Positions 41,891 through 55,453 of a stretch of 64,000 nucleotides of DNA are shown here, in pieces. Both the position numbers and the translations under genes were made by a program. Below the pieces are notes generated by a model. That model did no database searches and was not told the DNA's origin. It saw only the letters and a list, made by a program, of their open reading frames with translations. Every line of letters starts with the position of its first letter. The first letter of the stretch is position 1. This DNA is from Octopus vulgaris (taxonomy: Eukaryota): the NCBI GenBank assembly GCA_951406725.2, contig OX597814.1:157976001-158040000 (forward strand), given 5' to 3'.

Positions 41891-43050
41891 TCAACAAGGG
41901 GTAAAAATGTCCTGGACATCTGCTTCACGAATAACACGGTGCTCATCCATAATGTTTAGGTGGCACTGACGATTCTCTCAGACCATAACTTAATAGAGAT
42001 AATGATATATGGTCTACAGAAAAGAGTAGACATGCAGGCTACTAACATGTACCCAGCTCTCCAGCCTGAACGTTCATAAAGCTGATAGGAATGGTATCGA
42101 GAAAGAAGTCATGGAACAAATTTCGTCTCCTATGAAACTGATATAAAGATATAGCAGTTTATGACAATAATGCATTGCATATGCAGTACGTTTGTTCCAG
42201 AGAGAACGCCAACCCAACAGGAAAATATAGTTCCCAAGGATAGAAGGATTCTAATGAGACAACGAGCAAATATCTCAAACTGTCTAAATGGTCCACTACA
42301 GGATAGCGAATGACTCTATCTCAAACAAGTATTGATAATATCGAAAATGAATTCAAACACTACAACAAGAAAGAAGAGAGCAGAGAAAGAAGCCAGGGCT
42401 GCCAAAAATATAAAGATAAACCCGAAATCCTTCAATAAATTTGCAAAAGTTTCTGCTTCAGTACGGTACAAGATGGGGTAACAGCTCGAGGAAAATATCA
42501 CACCCACTGCAGATCCCCAGAGGATTAGTGAAATACTGAATGCGCAATACTGGAATGCAATACAGAAGCTTCAGAATCAGGGACCAAAAAACTATGCTGG
42601 ACTTATAGAGTACATTTGTCCTCAACTGCCTAGAATACTGCTCTCAACTGTGGTCACACCACAGAGTCAATTTAATAGCTGAAGTTTAGTAGTGGTACAC
42701 CCGGAAGATTGCATCAAAGTAACAACTGAGTTATTGGGAGCTACAACTTTACTCCGTCGAGAGAAGACAGGTGAGCTATGTAATGATGTACGTGTGTAAG
42801 ATCCTGGAGGAACTGGAACCAAACTTTGGCATCGAGAGTTATACTGACCACGAACTGGACGTCGCTGAACTGTTCCAAATGTTCCCGTCATCCCGTCTTG
42901 AGTGAGAACAATGCACTATTGCAATAGGTTGGGATTTAATGCCTACCCAAAACATCTGAAACATCTTCATGGTGTAGAGGCGGTAGTGTTCAGGAAACAA
43001 ATTGATCATCGGCTGTCCGAGGTCCCTGACGAAGAAACTCAAACAGGGGA
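41891..43050 (+). mobile_element. Old CR1-like LINE remnant (APE endonuclease C-terminus, linker, RT C-terminus) with internal deletion
   Basis: [13 protein letters not shown]...ILSDHNLI, NIKINPKSF, LEYCSQLWS and LQLYSVERR. Starts at a (TA)n tract. Confidence 0.7.
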
Positions 43051-45270
43051 GCAGCATCAAATTCCCTCCTTCACAAAAGGCTAATTGTAAAAGAATAGCC
43101 ACTGAAAAGACACCGGTGGCGCTCCAGCATGACAACAGATTTGTTTTGTGACCTGCTGGCAGACGTTTACCGTAAATGGCAACAGAAAGGGAAAATTCCT
43201 AGTGCTGTTGGTCGGAGTGTAGTGACACTGCTGAGGAAGGACGCCGACAATGGGGACGTACAAGGAAATTTCCAGCTCATATCCCTGCTAAACACAGTGT
43301 TTAAGATTTTGGCCAAGGTGTTGACGAAAATGTTGACGCTTGTTGTCGGTAGCCTGGCCTGGAAAGCACAAAGGTACACAATCCCGGGCAGGTCTGTCCA
43401 CAACAATTTCCACCTTATGCGATACATCATAGACAGGCTGGGATCAAACCTAGCTTCGAGAGTGCTCTGATTAATTTTAATCATTCTAAAACATTCAGTA
43501 GGTCGACCATCACTACTTGGAAGCCGTCCTGAAAGCAGGGGATTCGGGCACAGTTTCAGAGGTTGGTTCGCTGCAATGCACAGCTGTATCTGTTCGGTGG
43601 TCAAAGTAAACAGCTACCAATCGGAAAAGTCTAGCAACGCATGCTTGATCCGTCAGGGCTTCCTGCTGTCGCCTCTTCTGTGCATATTGGTACTCAAGCT
43701 ACTTCTGCGAAAGATCGAACTCAGACGCGGAAAGGCAGTATCAGCGTACGCCTACGAACTGGAGACGCTTGGCATCATTCTAGAGGAATATGAGTCAGTT
43801 GCAGGGGCTAAAAGCACCGCCGACAAATCGATTGTTTGCGGTAGGTCTCCTAGACAGTCAGGTCCATGTTATGGGACGGTGTCGTTGGACGCTGGACCGA
43901 CAGACCAGTCAAATTGCACGTAGTCTGGTTTGGTCGCACTCTCCAGGTAGGTAAAAACTGAGACTAAGTGACGAACACGCTGACCAGTCTTACCCAGAAA
44001 TGGCTGAGAGGAAGCTATCCTTGAAAGATCAGGCAGAGGTGGCGAATGCCTACATTTCCTACTTTATCTTTTATCGTCTGATCATCGTGCCTTGTCCCGG
44101 TTACTGCTTGACTGGGTCGGAACGTCTCATTTAATTTCTTGTAGAAGGATTGCGTTCCGATGGTCAGACTATCAGTCTGATGCCAGCACCCTCTGAGTGG
44201 CGGCTTAGGCATGCTTTGGCTTCTAATGCGCAAATACGGTGTTACGTTGCGCCACCTGCAATGATTTCGAAAAGGTGGGCTCCGTTTGGGAGACACGTCT
44301 TTCCATAGCTTGTCTCCTTGGCAGAGCTGTAGTCCTGGGTAAAGAAAAGACCGCGACTAGGCGCTTGACGCCTAGTATGTCAACAGGAACTCACAGCCAT
44401 CTACCAGTCGGACAATGGGATCGAGGGCTGTTTTGCTTCAGTAATTTATAGATGATTACTGGCGAAGTGCGACGACGTTCTTGGCGTTCTGGAAGACGTT
44501 CCGGTCGGTCATTATCATGGATACAATCCATATGTTCTTGGCCAAAATAGTGCTGCCGCAGGGCACTTCCGGTTCGAGAGAAACTCAACAGGCACGGATT
44601 TCCTGTCACACGGGCTTCTCCGAGGCGCGTACAGAATGATGTAACTATTCTGCACGCACTCGTTTAGTGTCCAGACATTTCTGATTTGTGGGGTTATGTT
44701 GAGCAGCTTCTGCTCGCTGCTCTTCTTTAATCACCAAGCAAGGCAGTTTTTTTTTTCGTCTGGTGGCTGTGGCGAAAGAGGTTGTTTGGTGGACAAAGCT
44801 AAAAGGCATGGGGACAGATACATTCCTCTTTGGTTATGGTCTGAGGGGTTTCTTCAAGTTTCACATGAAAAGAAAATGGAGGATAGAGTGGGAAGTTTTG
44901 CTCTCGAGTTAATTTATTAAAAGGTGGGTAAAAGTTGCGAAAATACAAGAGTGGATGGTACCTCTGTATGTGTAGACCTGTGAGTCGAAGAGTAGGAATT
45001 GGAGAGGACACATGCCCTTGGTTTTCAAGGAGATATGTCACAGTAGGGATCCTCGATTATCCCTGGAGGTCATCCTTTATCAGGAGGACTACGTCTCTAT
45101 CACCCGCCTTTTTTCTTTTTAGCCTTTGTATATTGCGTATATTTCCCTTCCTTTTCATTGTATGACACTTATATTTACTCTTTTTCGTTGTTTTTGTTAT
45201 TTCATCATTTCATTACTTGTACATCTCCACACTTTGTGTCTGTTTTTGCATTGTCCCCCTAATACTTCGT
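43050..45270 (+). mobile_element. Decayed L1/Tx1-like LINE ORF2
   Basis: ORF 43129-43470 (ISLLNTVFKILAKVL...IPGRSVHNN) and IRQGFLLSPLL. Distantly similar to 13690-15600. Confidence 0.8.
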
Positions 45271-45329
45271 CCTAATGTCAAATGAAATCATCATCATCAT
45301 TATCATCATCATTATTGTTGCTGTTGCTT

Positions 45330-46314
45330 CGTAACATAGTGTAGGTAAAAATGCACCGTAGTCTTTAGTCATCTGTTAAGTCACAAGGACCTCAGACAGA
45401 TAATACTTTCTTTAAGACGTGCGCAGTACCCAATAAGGCTGCTTTTTGCAAGACCTCAATCTTGCATGGGATTTCCAGTTGCCTTAAGAAGTCTTGAAAT
45501 TTCAAATGGATTGGGCCCAACGCTCCGATCACCACTGGTATCATTTTTACACTCTCTCATTCTATACAGTCTTGCCATTTTCACTTTCCATTCGGAGTAC
45601 TTGGTGAATTTTCAACCTCTTTACTCACAACATTCATGTCATTTGGTATGGCTACATCAATGATCTGACAGTATTCTTCTCTCCCATTCAATATGACAAT
45701 ACCTGGCCGACGGTGTTCGATTACATGATCCGTCTGAAAATTATAGTCCCAGACTATCGTTACTTTTCCATCCTCCTGCTTATATATCATACCAGTTCTC
45801 TGTTACTTCATATTGATATTTACGGCATAAGAGTCAAAGAGGATACACGCACACTTTATCGTGGCGGCGCTTGTATTTTCCACATTTTCCAGTTAGGCAC
45901 ACCCACTTGTTTTTTCACATCACCCGTACTTATAACAATATTCCCTTATTTCTTTCCTACTTGTAATTCTATCTTGATAGTTCCTACACACATCGCACCC
46001 CATTTATGTACAACATTATTTCCCATAATCCGCTCCAGAACTCCTTGATTTGATTTCCATCAGGAGCAACATATTCCTCATTGTCTCCTTCTAACGTTTG
46101 GGTTATTTTTGAACAAACTGTTCTCCTCGAACTGTTTATTTCTGTCCACAAGTCTTCTGATCTTCTGTCTTTTTGCCATGATCCTCTGTTTTAACTGCTC
46201 TATTACTGCATCAAACCCGAACCTCCGTATTTTATATTTCTTCTCTAATTTTTCTCGGTCGGTCTTTTTCCCATTTTTCCAATTTCCTCTTAATCACTGC
46301 TCAATTTTACCTAG

Positions 46315-46315
<1 letters not shown>
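45330..46315 (-). mobile_element. Decayed RLE-clade LINE pieces (N-terminal region and REL endonuclease)
   Basis: IVWDYNFQTDHVIEHRRPGIVIL...IIDVAIP, LQKAALLGTAHVL and VIEQLKQRIMAK. Confidence 0.75.
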
Positions 46316-46359
<44 letters not shown>

Positions 46360-46362
<3 letters not shown>

Positions 46363-46932
46363 TAGTTTTATTTTTATAGCGTGCTTTCACTTCACTACCG
46401 AGCGCAGCTCTGTGTGCCTTGGGTATGTGCTGTGATTTGTTGTGATGCTCTGATGGTTATTGTATGGAAAGTGTTCTGCGTAGGATGTGTGCAGTGCCTA
46501 GTAGTGCAATTTTCTGTATGTTATATGTGTTTGTAAGTCCTGGTGTTTTTGTTATGTATTTGTCTGAATATTTTTTTATCATGCCTAATGCACCTACTAT
46601 GATAGGAATTGTTTCTGTTTTCAGGTTCCACATTCTAGTTACCTCTATTTCCAGGTCTTTGTATTTTGAGAGTTTCTCCATTTCTTTTAGAGACACGTTG
46701 TCATCTGCCGGTATTGATACATCAATTAGAAAACATTTTTTTTCTTCATGATCTCTGACAACTATATCTGGTCTGTTGGCCTTAATTTCTCTATCTGTGT
46801 GTATCGGCATATCCCAGAGTATGGTTGCTTTCTCGTTTTCTGTGACCTTTTCTGGTGTGTGCCTATACCATCTTTTTTCTGTTGTTATTCCATAATGTTG
46901 GCATAGCTTCCAATGTATGTAGGTTCCAACTC
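46360..46932 (-). mobile_element. Young 5'-truncated RLE (R4/Dong-like) LINE 3' end in (AAT)n
   Basis: Open frame RVGTYIHW...NRPDIVV...IDVSIP...KLSKY...GTAHILRRTLSIQ*. Nearly identical to the reverse complement of about 61247-61821. (TTA)n on both sides. Confidence 0.92.
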
Positions 46933-46985
<53 letters not shown>

Positions 46986-47036
46986 TTATTATTATTATTA
47001 TTATCATTGTTGCTTTTGTTGTTGTTGTTGTTGTTG

Positions 47037-47076
<40 letters not shown>

Positions 47077-47331
47077 GTTTTTTCCTTCTTTCTTCAAATT
47101 TTCTTCCGTTTCTCGCCGAGTGTTTTCCATACACCTAGGGCAGAGAAGGGCATTATATGCATTCCCAGATTATACGCGCAAATTCACAGATAAAATATTT
47201 ATTTAAAAATTAATAAACAAATAAATTCATGGATGGATGTTATTTTCACAACGATAGTGCTCTTCTCAGTACATGAGCCGTTCCAGTTAATACGATTTTT
47301 GCACTTCCTGTAGGGATGGTAAACCTGGAAT
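47077..47331 (-). mobile_element. Very short RLE LINE 3' end with 3' UTR
   Basis: MIPGLPSLQEVQKIVLTGTAHVLRRALSL* followed by UTR and an (AAT)n tail. Confidence 0.75.
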
Positions 47332-47384
47332 CATTTTTCCACTTTCCTCTTAATCACTGCTCAATTTTACCTAGATTATTATTA

Positions 47385-47434
<50 letters not shown>

Positions 47435-47479
47435 GATATCGAACAGTATAACATATCGTAAGGTGGTTGATTGACGATA

Positions 47480-48310
47480 TTGTGTCTACTGGGGAGTTTG
47501 CACTATCCGTCAATTTACAAGGGCCTCAGGCAGACAGTACTTCACGCAATATGCATGAAGTTCTAAATAGTGCCGACTTTAGCAATACATCTAGATTGTA
47601 GGGTATCTCTAAAGTTTTCAGATGTCTTTTTCAGATTGGATAGTATTGAACCTAATGCTCCGATGATAATAGGGATATCCTTTATGTTGGTATCTCAGTT
47701 TTCAGGTCGCTATATTTATCAACATTTTCTCTTTCTTTCATGATACGTTGATCTCCTGGCACTGCTACGTCGACTATTAGACACACTTGGTTGTCCCTCC
47801 TAAATGTTACTCTATCTGGCCTTCGCTGCACTAACACATTGCCTATCTGGAAATGACCCAGAGGAGATTTGCCTTCCCTTTTTTCGTCCATTGCCTTTTC
47901 CGGTGTATGTTGGTAAGAAGTAACCTCATATCAGTAACCTCATATCCATACTTACGGCATAGTAGCCAGTGGAGGTTTGGGGCTACTTTGTAGTGTCTAC
48001 TCTTGTACCCTTTCTGCGCAAGTCTTTCACAAGCACTAACAATGTGTGTCCCATTTTCGACCCTCTTCCCACACATTCTGCAAAGGTCCGATGCACTTGT
48101 TTGTTATATGTTATTTTTCGTTGAATTGGTACTTAATGCCTGGTACTGGGTAGCGATAATTAGGCTTTTACTATCCTCTTTTAGGCCACCTTTGTTAAGC
48201 CACCTCTATGATACTTCCTGGTCTTTTAATTTGTTGGTTTCACGGTGGAACTTACCATGTAATTCCATATGGAGTAGGGTTTCTTCTTTCTCGTTGGCTG
48301 TGAAAAATCC
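47480..48310 (-). mobile_element. Decayed RLE LINE C-terminal part
   Basis: CRMCGKRVENGTHIVSACERLAQKGYKSRH and RRPD...IVDVAVPGD. Confidence 0.8.
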
Positions 48311-48349
48311 CTACATAATTATTATTACTATGATTATTATTATTATTAA

Positions 48350-48382
<33 letters not shown>

Positions 48383-48586
48383 AAGTAGTAGTAGTAGTAG
48401 AGAAGTAGTAGAGGTAGTAGTAGTTGCAGCAGCAGCAGCAGCAGCAGTAGTACTAGTAGTAGTAGAAGCTGAAGCTTCTAGAATCATAAACCCAGGTTTA
48501 ACGTTACATATTATGCGTATATATATCAAGTTAACATTTCTGTGCGTGCGCATGTATGTATGCATGTATGTATGTATGTATGGATC

Positions 48587-48628
<42 letters not shown>

Positions 48629-48659
48629 CGTACTCACACACACACACATATATATATAT

Positions 48660-48886
48660 ATTCCTTTATTCTTTAACTTGTTTCATTCATTTGTCTGCGG
48701 TCATATTGGAACACCAATTTAATCGACCCCAGGGCTTATTCTTTGTAAACCTTGTACTTATTCTATCGGACTCTTTTTGTCGGCCAGAGGTTATAGTAGA
48801 AGACACTTGCCTGAGGTGCCATGCATTGGGACTGAACACGGAACTATCTGGTTAGTAAGAAACTTACTTACCACACAACCATTCCT
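48660..48886 (-). mobile_element. Internally deleted tRNA-derived SINE
   Basis: Head joined directly to the 3' part at ggccgacaaaaagag; the same junction is seen at 9197-9211. Confidence 0.8.
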
Positions 48887-49252
48887 ATATATATATATAT
48901 ATATATATATACTATTTATTTATTATTTTGCACTTTACTTAATTATAGGTAAATGTTTTATCGTATATTTAATTTTGTTCTATATATTTTGATTTAATTA
49001 TATCATTGTTGAATTGCTACATGGTGGTTCTTCTTTAATTTACACACTCACACACACACACACACACGCACACACACACATATATATATATTTATATTGT
49101 TACGGTTAGACAAAAGAGAAACACAAGTTATAACAAACAAGTATATCATAATACAATTATGTATTTCTTGTCGTTCTGTATTTAAGAGATGATGAATTAT
49201 GTATATTATTTATGTTATTTATATTTGTCGGATATTTGTATTTTTTGTTGTT

Positions 49253-49298
49253 AACACAACTTTTCGGCTGATAAACACTCCTGCCTTCATCAGGTGTC
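49253..49298 (-). ncRNA. Minimal hammerhead-like motif, duplicate of 6576-6621
   Basis: Minus strand GACAC-CTGATGA-a-GGC...GCC-GAAA-ag-T-T-GTGTT. Confidence 0.55.
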
Positions 49299-49382
49299 TT
49301 GGGGAAATTTTTGAAACTGGTTCTCATTCCTAAGGTATTATTCGATGTTATTATTATTATTTTTTTTTTTTTATTGTTATTA

Positions 49383-49447
<65 letters not shown>

Positions 49448-49499
49448 GAGTGAGAGAGCAGTGCATGCCATCAAAGTGACACTGCGGTAGAAAATCGAT

Positions 49500-50978
49500 T
49501 AAAAATATTTTGTGATGGAATTCCCCGCTAACATACATAACCTCCCTTTCTTTTTCTCTTTCACTCACTCGCACATTCACTCTCTCTTCCGCTTTCACTC
49601 CGACTTCAAAAACTCCCCTCCCCACCCAGTCCTATATTACAAAAGTAAAATTTTTTACGGAGAAGGGCTCCTGACTCCTTTTACTGCCGGCGATGGAGTG
49701 AAAAACAAAGATATTTTCATTTGTCTGGGCATTGCTATAACAGACAAATTAACAACACTTCGACTCGAGAGATAAACACAAACCACCTCGTACTGACAGC
49801 AAAAATCCACCAAATCAACCCGAAAAACACACACATCTATTTCATATATCTTCTTTCAATTTCTGCTTTCTTGGATGCTCCCCGCAGAACCAGAAAATCT
49901 TTTCTCATGAACCTCCTGCTCGCCAAAATTCGCCAGGAAAATCGGATTGCCATAGCGGTTGCATCCAGCGGCATTGCGGTAACTCTACTGCATGGCGGTC
50001 GTACGGCACACTCAGCCTTCAAATTACGACTAGACCTGACCAAACAGGAAAATCCAACTTGCAATGTTAGTCGTGGGTCAGCCATGGGGAATCTTCTCAT
50101 TGAGTTCAGCCATCTTGAATGGACCAGGCGCTGGTCAAGATGTTCTTATAACCCCAATATCCCTCACTCACTCCGGTACAATCTACAAGTTTAAGCAGCT
50201 TCAATTTCCTATCAAACTCTCCTTTGCAATGGCAATAAATAAGGCACAGTTTCAATCATTGCAAATGGTTGGTTTAAATCTCACAGATCAAGTTTCCTCT
50301 CACGGTCAACTTTACGTTGGCTGATCCCGTGTTGGCAGGCCACAAAGTCTATACATTTGTGCATCAAAAGGGAAAACAAGAAACGTTGCCTACAAAGAAG
50401 CGCTCCACTGAAAAGACGGCATTTCTTCACATCTTTCAAATCATCCCAACATCTGCCGCATCAAAAGCTTCGTAGTCGCCGTGCCAGCCAACGTAACTCA
50501 GTGACACACACCTTCACTCACTCACTCTATCTTTCTTTCTCATCCTCTTACTCTCTCACATACACACGAGCACACACGCACACACACATACACACAAACA
50601 CATACACACACACACACGTCCATTTCACATATCTTCTTTCAATTTCTGCTCTCTGCAAATAAATTTTTTACGGATGCAACTACTTACAAAAATAGGGATT
50701 AATGTATAATTTCTTTCTATGTTCATAATTAAATAAATGTTTTAATAGTTAGACAGAGATCCAACACAATAGCTCTCAGAAACAGACTACGTACAAATCC
50801 TTTCTTCCCAACTCCTGATGCAGGAGTTGGGTAGACGAATTTTCATACAGCTGGAAGCTCCAATCGAACAGGGAACCCGAAATGATAAGGTTGAGAAACA
50901 GTGTTACAGACTATGCCAACCGAACGATCTCAGCCATATCATCGAAGCAAACCGGGTGAAACCAGGCTTAACTGCTAG
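49500..50978 (+). mobile_element. Non-autonomous Helitron, inverted duplicate of 3143-4550
   Basis: Same deleted helicase fragment (ORFs 49721-50194 and 50064-50324). 3' hairpin plus CTAG at 50975-50978. Confidence 0.85.
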
Positions 50979-51610
50979 TATATATATATATATATACATA
51001 CATACTGATATATATATATATATATATACAGTTAAAAGTAGTTGTAATAGAACAATATAATAGCATTAGATACGGAGATACTTAAAACCAAGAATAAATG
51101 TAAAGAATATTACTTTAAAAAGGATTATACAGGCCGCATATTAAATAAAATAAATCTCTAAATCTTGAACACGAGAAAAATCCAAATATACCTAAAGATA
51201 AGATTATCTTACAATTATCTCCCCTTGAAATCAACCTTTCAAATTATATTAGTCTTAAAGAATATTTTGTATTCAGAGTAGTGTTTTTATTCCCATAATA
51301 CTTAGAGCAGGACAGAAGGTGCAGCCATTTGCAGAGGTTAAAGAAGTAGTAAATATGCAGATAAATATTCTTCCTTTATTAATTGTGGTAGATATATTCA
51401 TTTATTAGTTTTATTCAATAAATTCATAACATATATAGAGCTCTTTTACTGTTTAAATATTATTAACTTACGTTTGACATAATAATGGTAATATATACTA
51501 GTATTGATAGGGGTAAATTTCTCAAAAAAATTATCGGTTTATATAGATAGGTGGTTTAATTTGACGAGGTTATAAAATAGTCAATGAGGGTTTCTTTATG
51601 TTTAGTCCTT

Positions 51611-51690
<80 letters not shown>

Positions 51691-51822
51691 TATATATCGT
51701 TATTATATTTTTAGGTGTTTAATTTTATTAAATTCTTATGAATTTTTAAAATTTTATAATTTTTTAAAATTTTTTGTAAAGTTTTGTAAAAATATATTAG
51801 GAAGTTATATATATATATATAT

Positions 51823-52241
51823 AGGCGCAGGAGTGGCTGTGTGGTAAGTAGCCTGTCTACCAACCACATGGTTCCGGGTTCAGTCCCACTGTGTGGCACC
51901 TTGGGCAAGTGTCTTCTACTATAGCCTCGGGCCGACCAATGCCTTGTGAGTGGATTTGGTAGACGGAAACTGAAAGAAGCCCGTCGTATATATGTATATA
52001 TATATATATGTATGCGTGTGTGTGTTTGTGTGTCTGTGTTTGTCCCCATAGCATTGCTTGACAACAGATGCTGGTGTGTTTGTGTCCCCGTCACTTAGCG
52101 GTTCGGCAAAAGAGACCGATAGAATAAGTACTGGGCTTACAATAGAATAAGTTCCGGGGTCGAGTTGCTCGATTAAAGGCGGTGCTCCAGCATGGCCGCA
52201 GTCAAATGACTGAAACAAGTAAGAGAGTAAAAGAGTAAAGA

Positions 52242-52243
<2 letters not shown>
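51823..52243 (+). mobile_element. Full-length tRNA-derived SINE with CORE-like domain (resembles octopus SINE families)
   Basis: A-box-like tggctgtgtggtaag, B-box-like gggttcagtccc, ccttgggcaagt segment, internal (TA)/(TG) tract, (aagagt)n tail, flanked by (TA)n. Confidence 0.85.
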
Positions 52244-52269
<26 letters not shown>

Positions 52270-52286
<17 letters not shown>

Positions 52287-52743
52287 TGTAGTTGTGTGAG
52301 TGTCTGTCTCCTACGATTTAGATTCCTAACTCCTCCCACATTTTGCGGTGCAGTTTATCCAAATTCGGGTATCTTATAGTCGTGATTAATATGGAGCCCG
52401 TCTGGCTATTAGCGCGCGTCTACGATGAGTCTACGATTTTTTAAATAATTTAACATCATTTTTTATTCCATTTTAATGCATAATTTTTCGTGTGTCGATG
52501 GCTTCTCCCCCTTCTTCCCTCCCTCGTGAAGCTGTGTGGAAAGGAGTTTAAGGAAATCAACGTCGTAATGCGTTGTCAAGGAGACCAGCGTTCTTCTAGA
52601 ACAACGACTTCATGGCTTGAAGACACCAAAACAGAAATGGCTAAGAAAGCCCGAATTGGCATCTATAAAGGAAGTGACTCTCTAAAAATGCTTATATAGT
52701 TATTTCCCTTACAAACCCGAGCAACGCCGGGCGATACTGCTAG
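52270..52743 (+). mobile_element. Short non-autonomous Helitron-like element
   Basis: 5' tatataaaactgtagttgtgtgagtgtctgt; 3' hairpin cccgagcaacgccggg plus CTAG-T. Confidence 0.7.
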
Positions 52744-52820
52744 TATATATATATAAGGAAAACATCTTAGTCTTTGTATGATTAAGTAGGATCCATTAAT
52801 AATAAGAATGTAAATATAAA

Positions 52821-52903
52821 TAGCCTGAGGACGCACTGGTAGATTTATGTACTAGGTATAGCCTGGTAAAACATACCACCAGCGCAGAAACACTAGTAGC
52901 GTT
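52821..52903 (+). ncRNA. Hammerhead-like motif with extended stem II
   Basis: tagc-CTGAGGA-cgcaCTGGT...(actagg tatag cctggt)...ACCAGcgca-GAAA-Cacta G-T-A-gc. Cores intact, stem I weak. Confidence 0.45.
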
Positions 52904-53155
52904 GATTAAGATTATCTTCTGTCCCCACAGACTAAAAACAGGTAAGGTCTATATATGTTTTTTAAACTGTGTTTATATAATTTCTCATTAATTCTAATGT
53001 CATTTATATTATTGTACGATATAGTAGGTTTTAAAATGATTATATTATTAGATTAGTATTTTGGATATAACTTTTTATGTGTACTCCAGAAAATGAGGTT
53101 TTCCTGAAATTGAAGTTGTTGTCCTATTGGGTAAATCCCAAATTTGTAATAATAT

Positions 53156-53215
<60 letters not shown>

Positions 53216-53219
53216 ATAT

Positions 53220-54808
53220 TATATAACAGTCAAAGTTTATGTGTACTCGTATGTTAATTGTAGATTCGAAAACTACTCCAACGATCCTAATGTAATCTGG
53301 AACACAAATTCAAAATCTAGGGATAGTGTAATGCCGTATGTTTCATGGATCAAAATTACTGAATGGTTCTTTATGATATTTAGAACTTAAATTCAATGCA
53401 TAAGGGCATGTATAAAGCAATATGCTTGGTTTGAATTTGAGGTAGCTTAAAGGGGTTAGAACCTACAATGAAAATTCATGAATTTCCGATGTTGATGAAA
53501 TTTCAACCATAGGTAATTGACACAAATCAAGAAATATTCTCAAAGTTGCCGCTTCTCATGAGGTTTCTAAAACCCCCTAATGGGGGCCTTAACACCCAAA
53601 TTTTAGTCATTTTTCATGATCCAAAACTAAATAAAAAAAACAATGGATCTTTATGAAATTTGGAAATTATATTCTATGCATAAGAACAAATGTAATGCAA
53701 TGTATGTTTAAAAATGAGGGGACTTAATGAGGCCTCAACCCCCATGAAAATTAATATAATCTTCCTGTTGATGAAATTTTAGATAATAGACATAAATGAA
53801 GTAATATTCCTAAAATTTTAACTTCTTAGCAGTTAGTAAAACCTCTTACTGGGGGATTAACCCCCACAATTTAGTCATTTTTCCCAGGCCAAGACGAATA
53901 CAGTAGTAGTCTTGGAAACTGTAGAGTCACCCGACCATACAAGTTGAGCGTTATTTGTTATTCAATGGTACAACAGTGTAAGAGTTTGCTTTGAGATATA
54001 CTTAGATTGTGATTTCTGAAAAGTGGTACGTAAATTGTCAACTAAGGAGAGGCATCTTTGCCTCCACTGGTTCAATTGCAAAGTGTTATTTTGCGTAAAG
54101 TGATTTGGTTGCAGACCTCCTTTGAGATCGTCCCCAGATGATAACATTGATTTCAAGGCCTTTCCAGATAAGTGACTGGCCATTCAAATAGATTTATAGA
54201 TTGCAAATGTATTCTGTTCAGCTAGCTATCGGTATAGCGATTATTGGCAAACCCCAGAGGTGACACTTTCATTTCCCCTTAGCCCATACGTCACACAGTT
54301 GTTAATGTTTATTTCAGTTGGGTCACGCCCTTCTAATTTCTAGCTGACAGATTATTGTGATCATTCGTCTCTTGGTTTCCTGTAGCTTTGCTCTCTTTTA
54401 CAAACCCAGTGAACATTCATATATTTCCGAGTTCAAAGAAATTTAAACAATAGATATAAGACACAAGTTAAAAAAGATTCCCAACAATTCAACTTCTCTA
54501 CTTGACTTTATAACCCCCTAATAGGGGCCTTAACTCCCACATTTTAGAGCTCAATGTACTCTTTTTTTCAGGAGCAAAAACCTTTGATTAGCTTTTATAA
54601 GGTTTGGATTTTGGAATCTGGGCATAAAGATGAGTAGTATCGGATAAATAGTCATAATTATAATTTTTGTTAGTGTGCGTAAAGAAGGAAAGAACTCTCA
54701 TTAAAATTCTTAATCTCCAATTTTGATGAAGTTGGAATCATATAAACATATGAAAAGTCTAATTCTTCAATAGCATGTAACACGGGCAACGCCGGGTATC
54801 TCTGCTAG
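53220..54808 (+). mobile_element. Helitron-like element with internal direct repeats
   Basis: 3' acgggcaacgccggg plus ctgCTAG-T. Repeated atgaaaatt...gttgatgaaattt...ccccctaat.ggggccttaac blocks at about 53470, 53745 and 54515. Confidence 0.65.
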
Positions 54809-55214
54809 TATTCTATATATTTCTCCTGAAATGATCTTCACTGATTGGATTAACAGAATTCCAAATGCATAGGATTCTACAATACACTCATAGGTATTGG
54901 TTTACTATTTGGTTTGTACTTCGTTTCACTACAGCAGTTTTTTGAGTGATTACCACCGGATTATATAAATCCATATATTGCCCATTAACATAAGTGTGTG
55001 TGTGTGTGTGTATGGATGTATGTATGTATATGAATATATGCATACTTATACATATATATAGGTATATATGTATACGTACAAAAGACATATATATACTTAC
55101 ATAAGTAATGTGTATCTGTATGTATGCATGGTTGTGCATGTGTGAGCGCGCGCGCGCATGCGTGTGTGTGTGTTTGTTTGTATGTGTGTAATTATAGTTC
55201 ATCCAGTTACACAT

Positions 55215-55453
55215 TTATCGCATGACTATCTCGCATATATATCTCCAACCGCCCTGCCTGTCGCAAGGATCATCATTCCATCTGTGATTACTTCTGAGGT
55301 CTAAAAGTCCACAGTGCTGAATGCCACGATAATTGTCAGGTCTACCCTCCATCCAGAAATCATAAGTAGGTGCTTCTCCATTCTGCCATAGAAAGACGCC
55401 TTTGTTAATGTCTTTACACAATCCAAAATAGAAGTGCTCGTTTGGCCACTTTT
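55215..55453 (-). CDS. C-type lectin (perlucin-like CTLD), terminal exon
   Basis: Acceptor gtttgtttttcAG, phase 1. EKWPNEHFYFGLCKDINKGVFLWQNGEAPTYDFWMEGRPDNYRGIQHCGLLDLRSNHRWNDDPCDRQGGWRYICEIVMR*, with the W.NG, W..G.PD, C, WND..C and YICE pattern. Confidence 0.88.

Noticed and set aside
13690-45270. Inverted Tx1-like copies as inner parts of the large inverted duplication
   Set aside because: They are far more diverged from each other than the arms are, and their flanks do not match; independent insertions.
51823-51900. tRNA gene
   Set aside because: The A/B-box-like head continues into a SINE body and no complete cloverleaf can be drawn.
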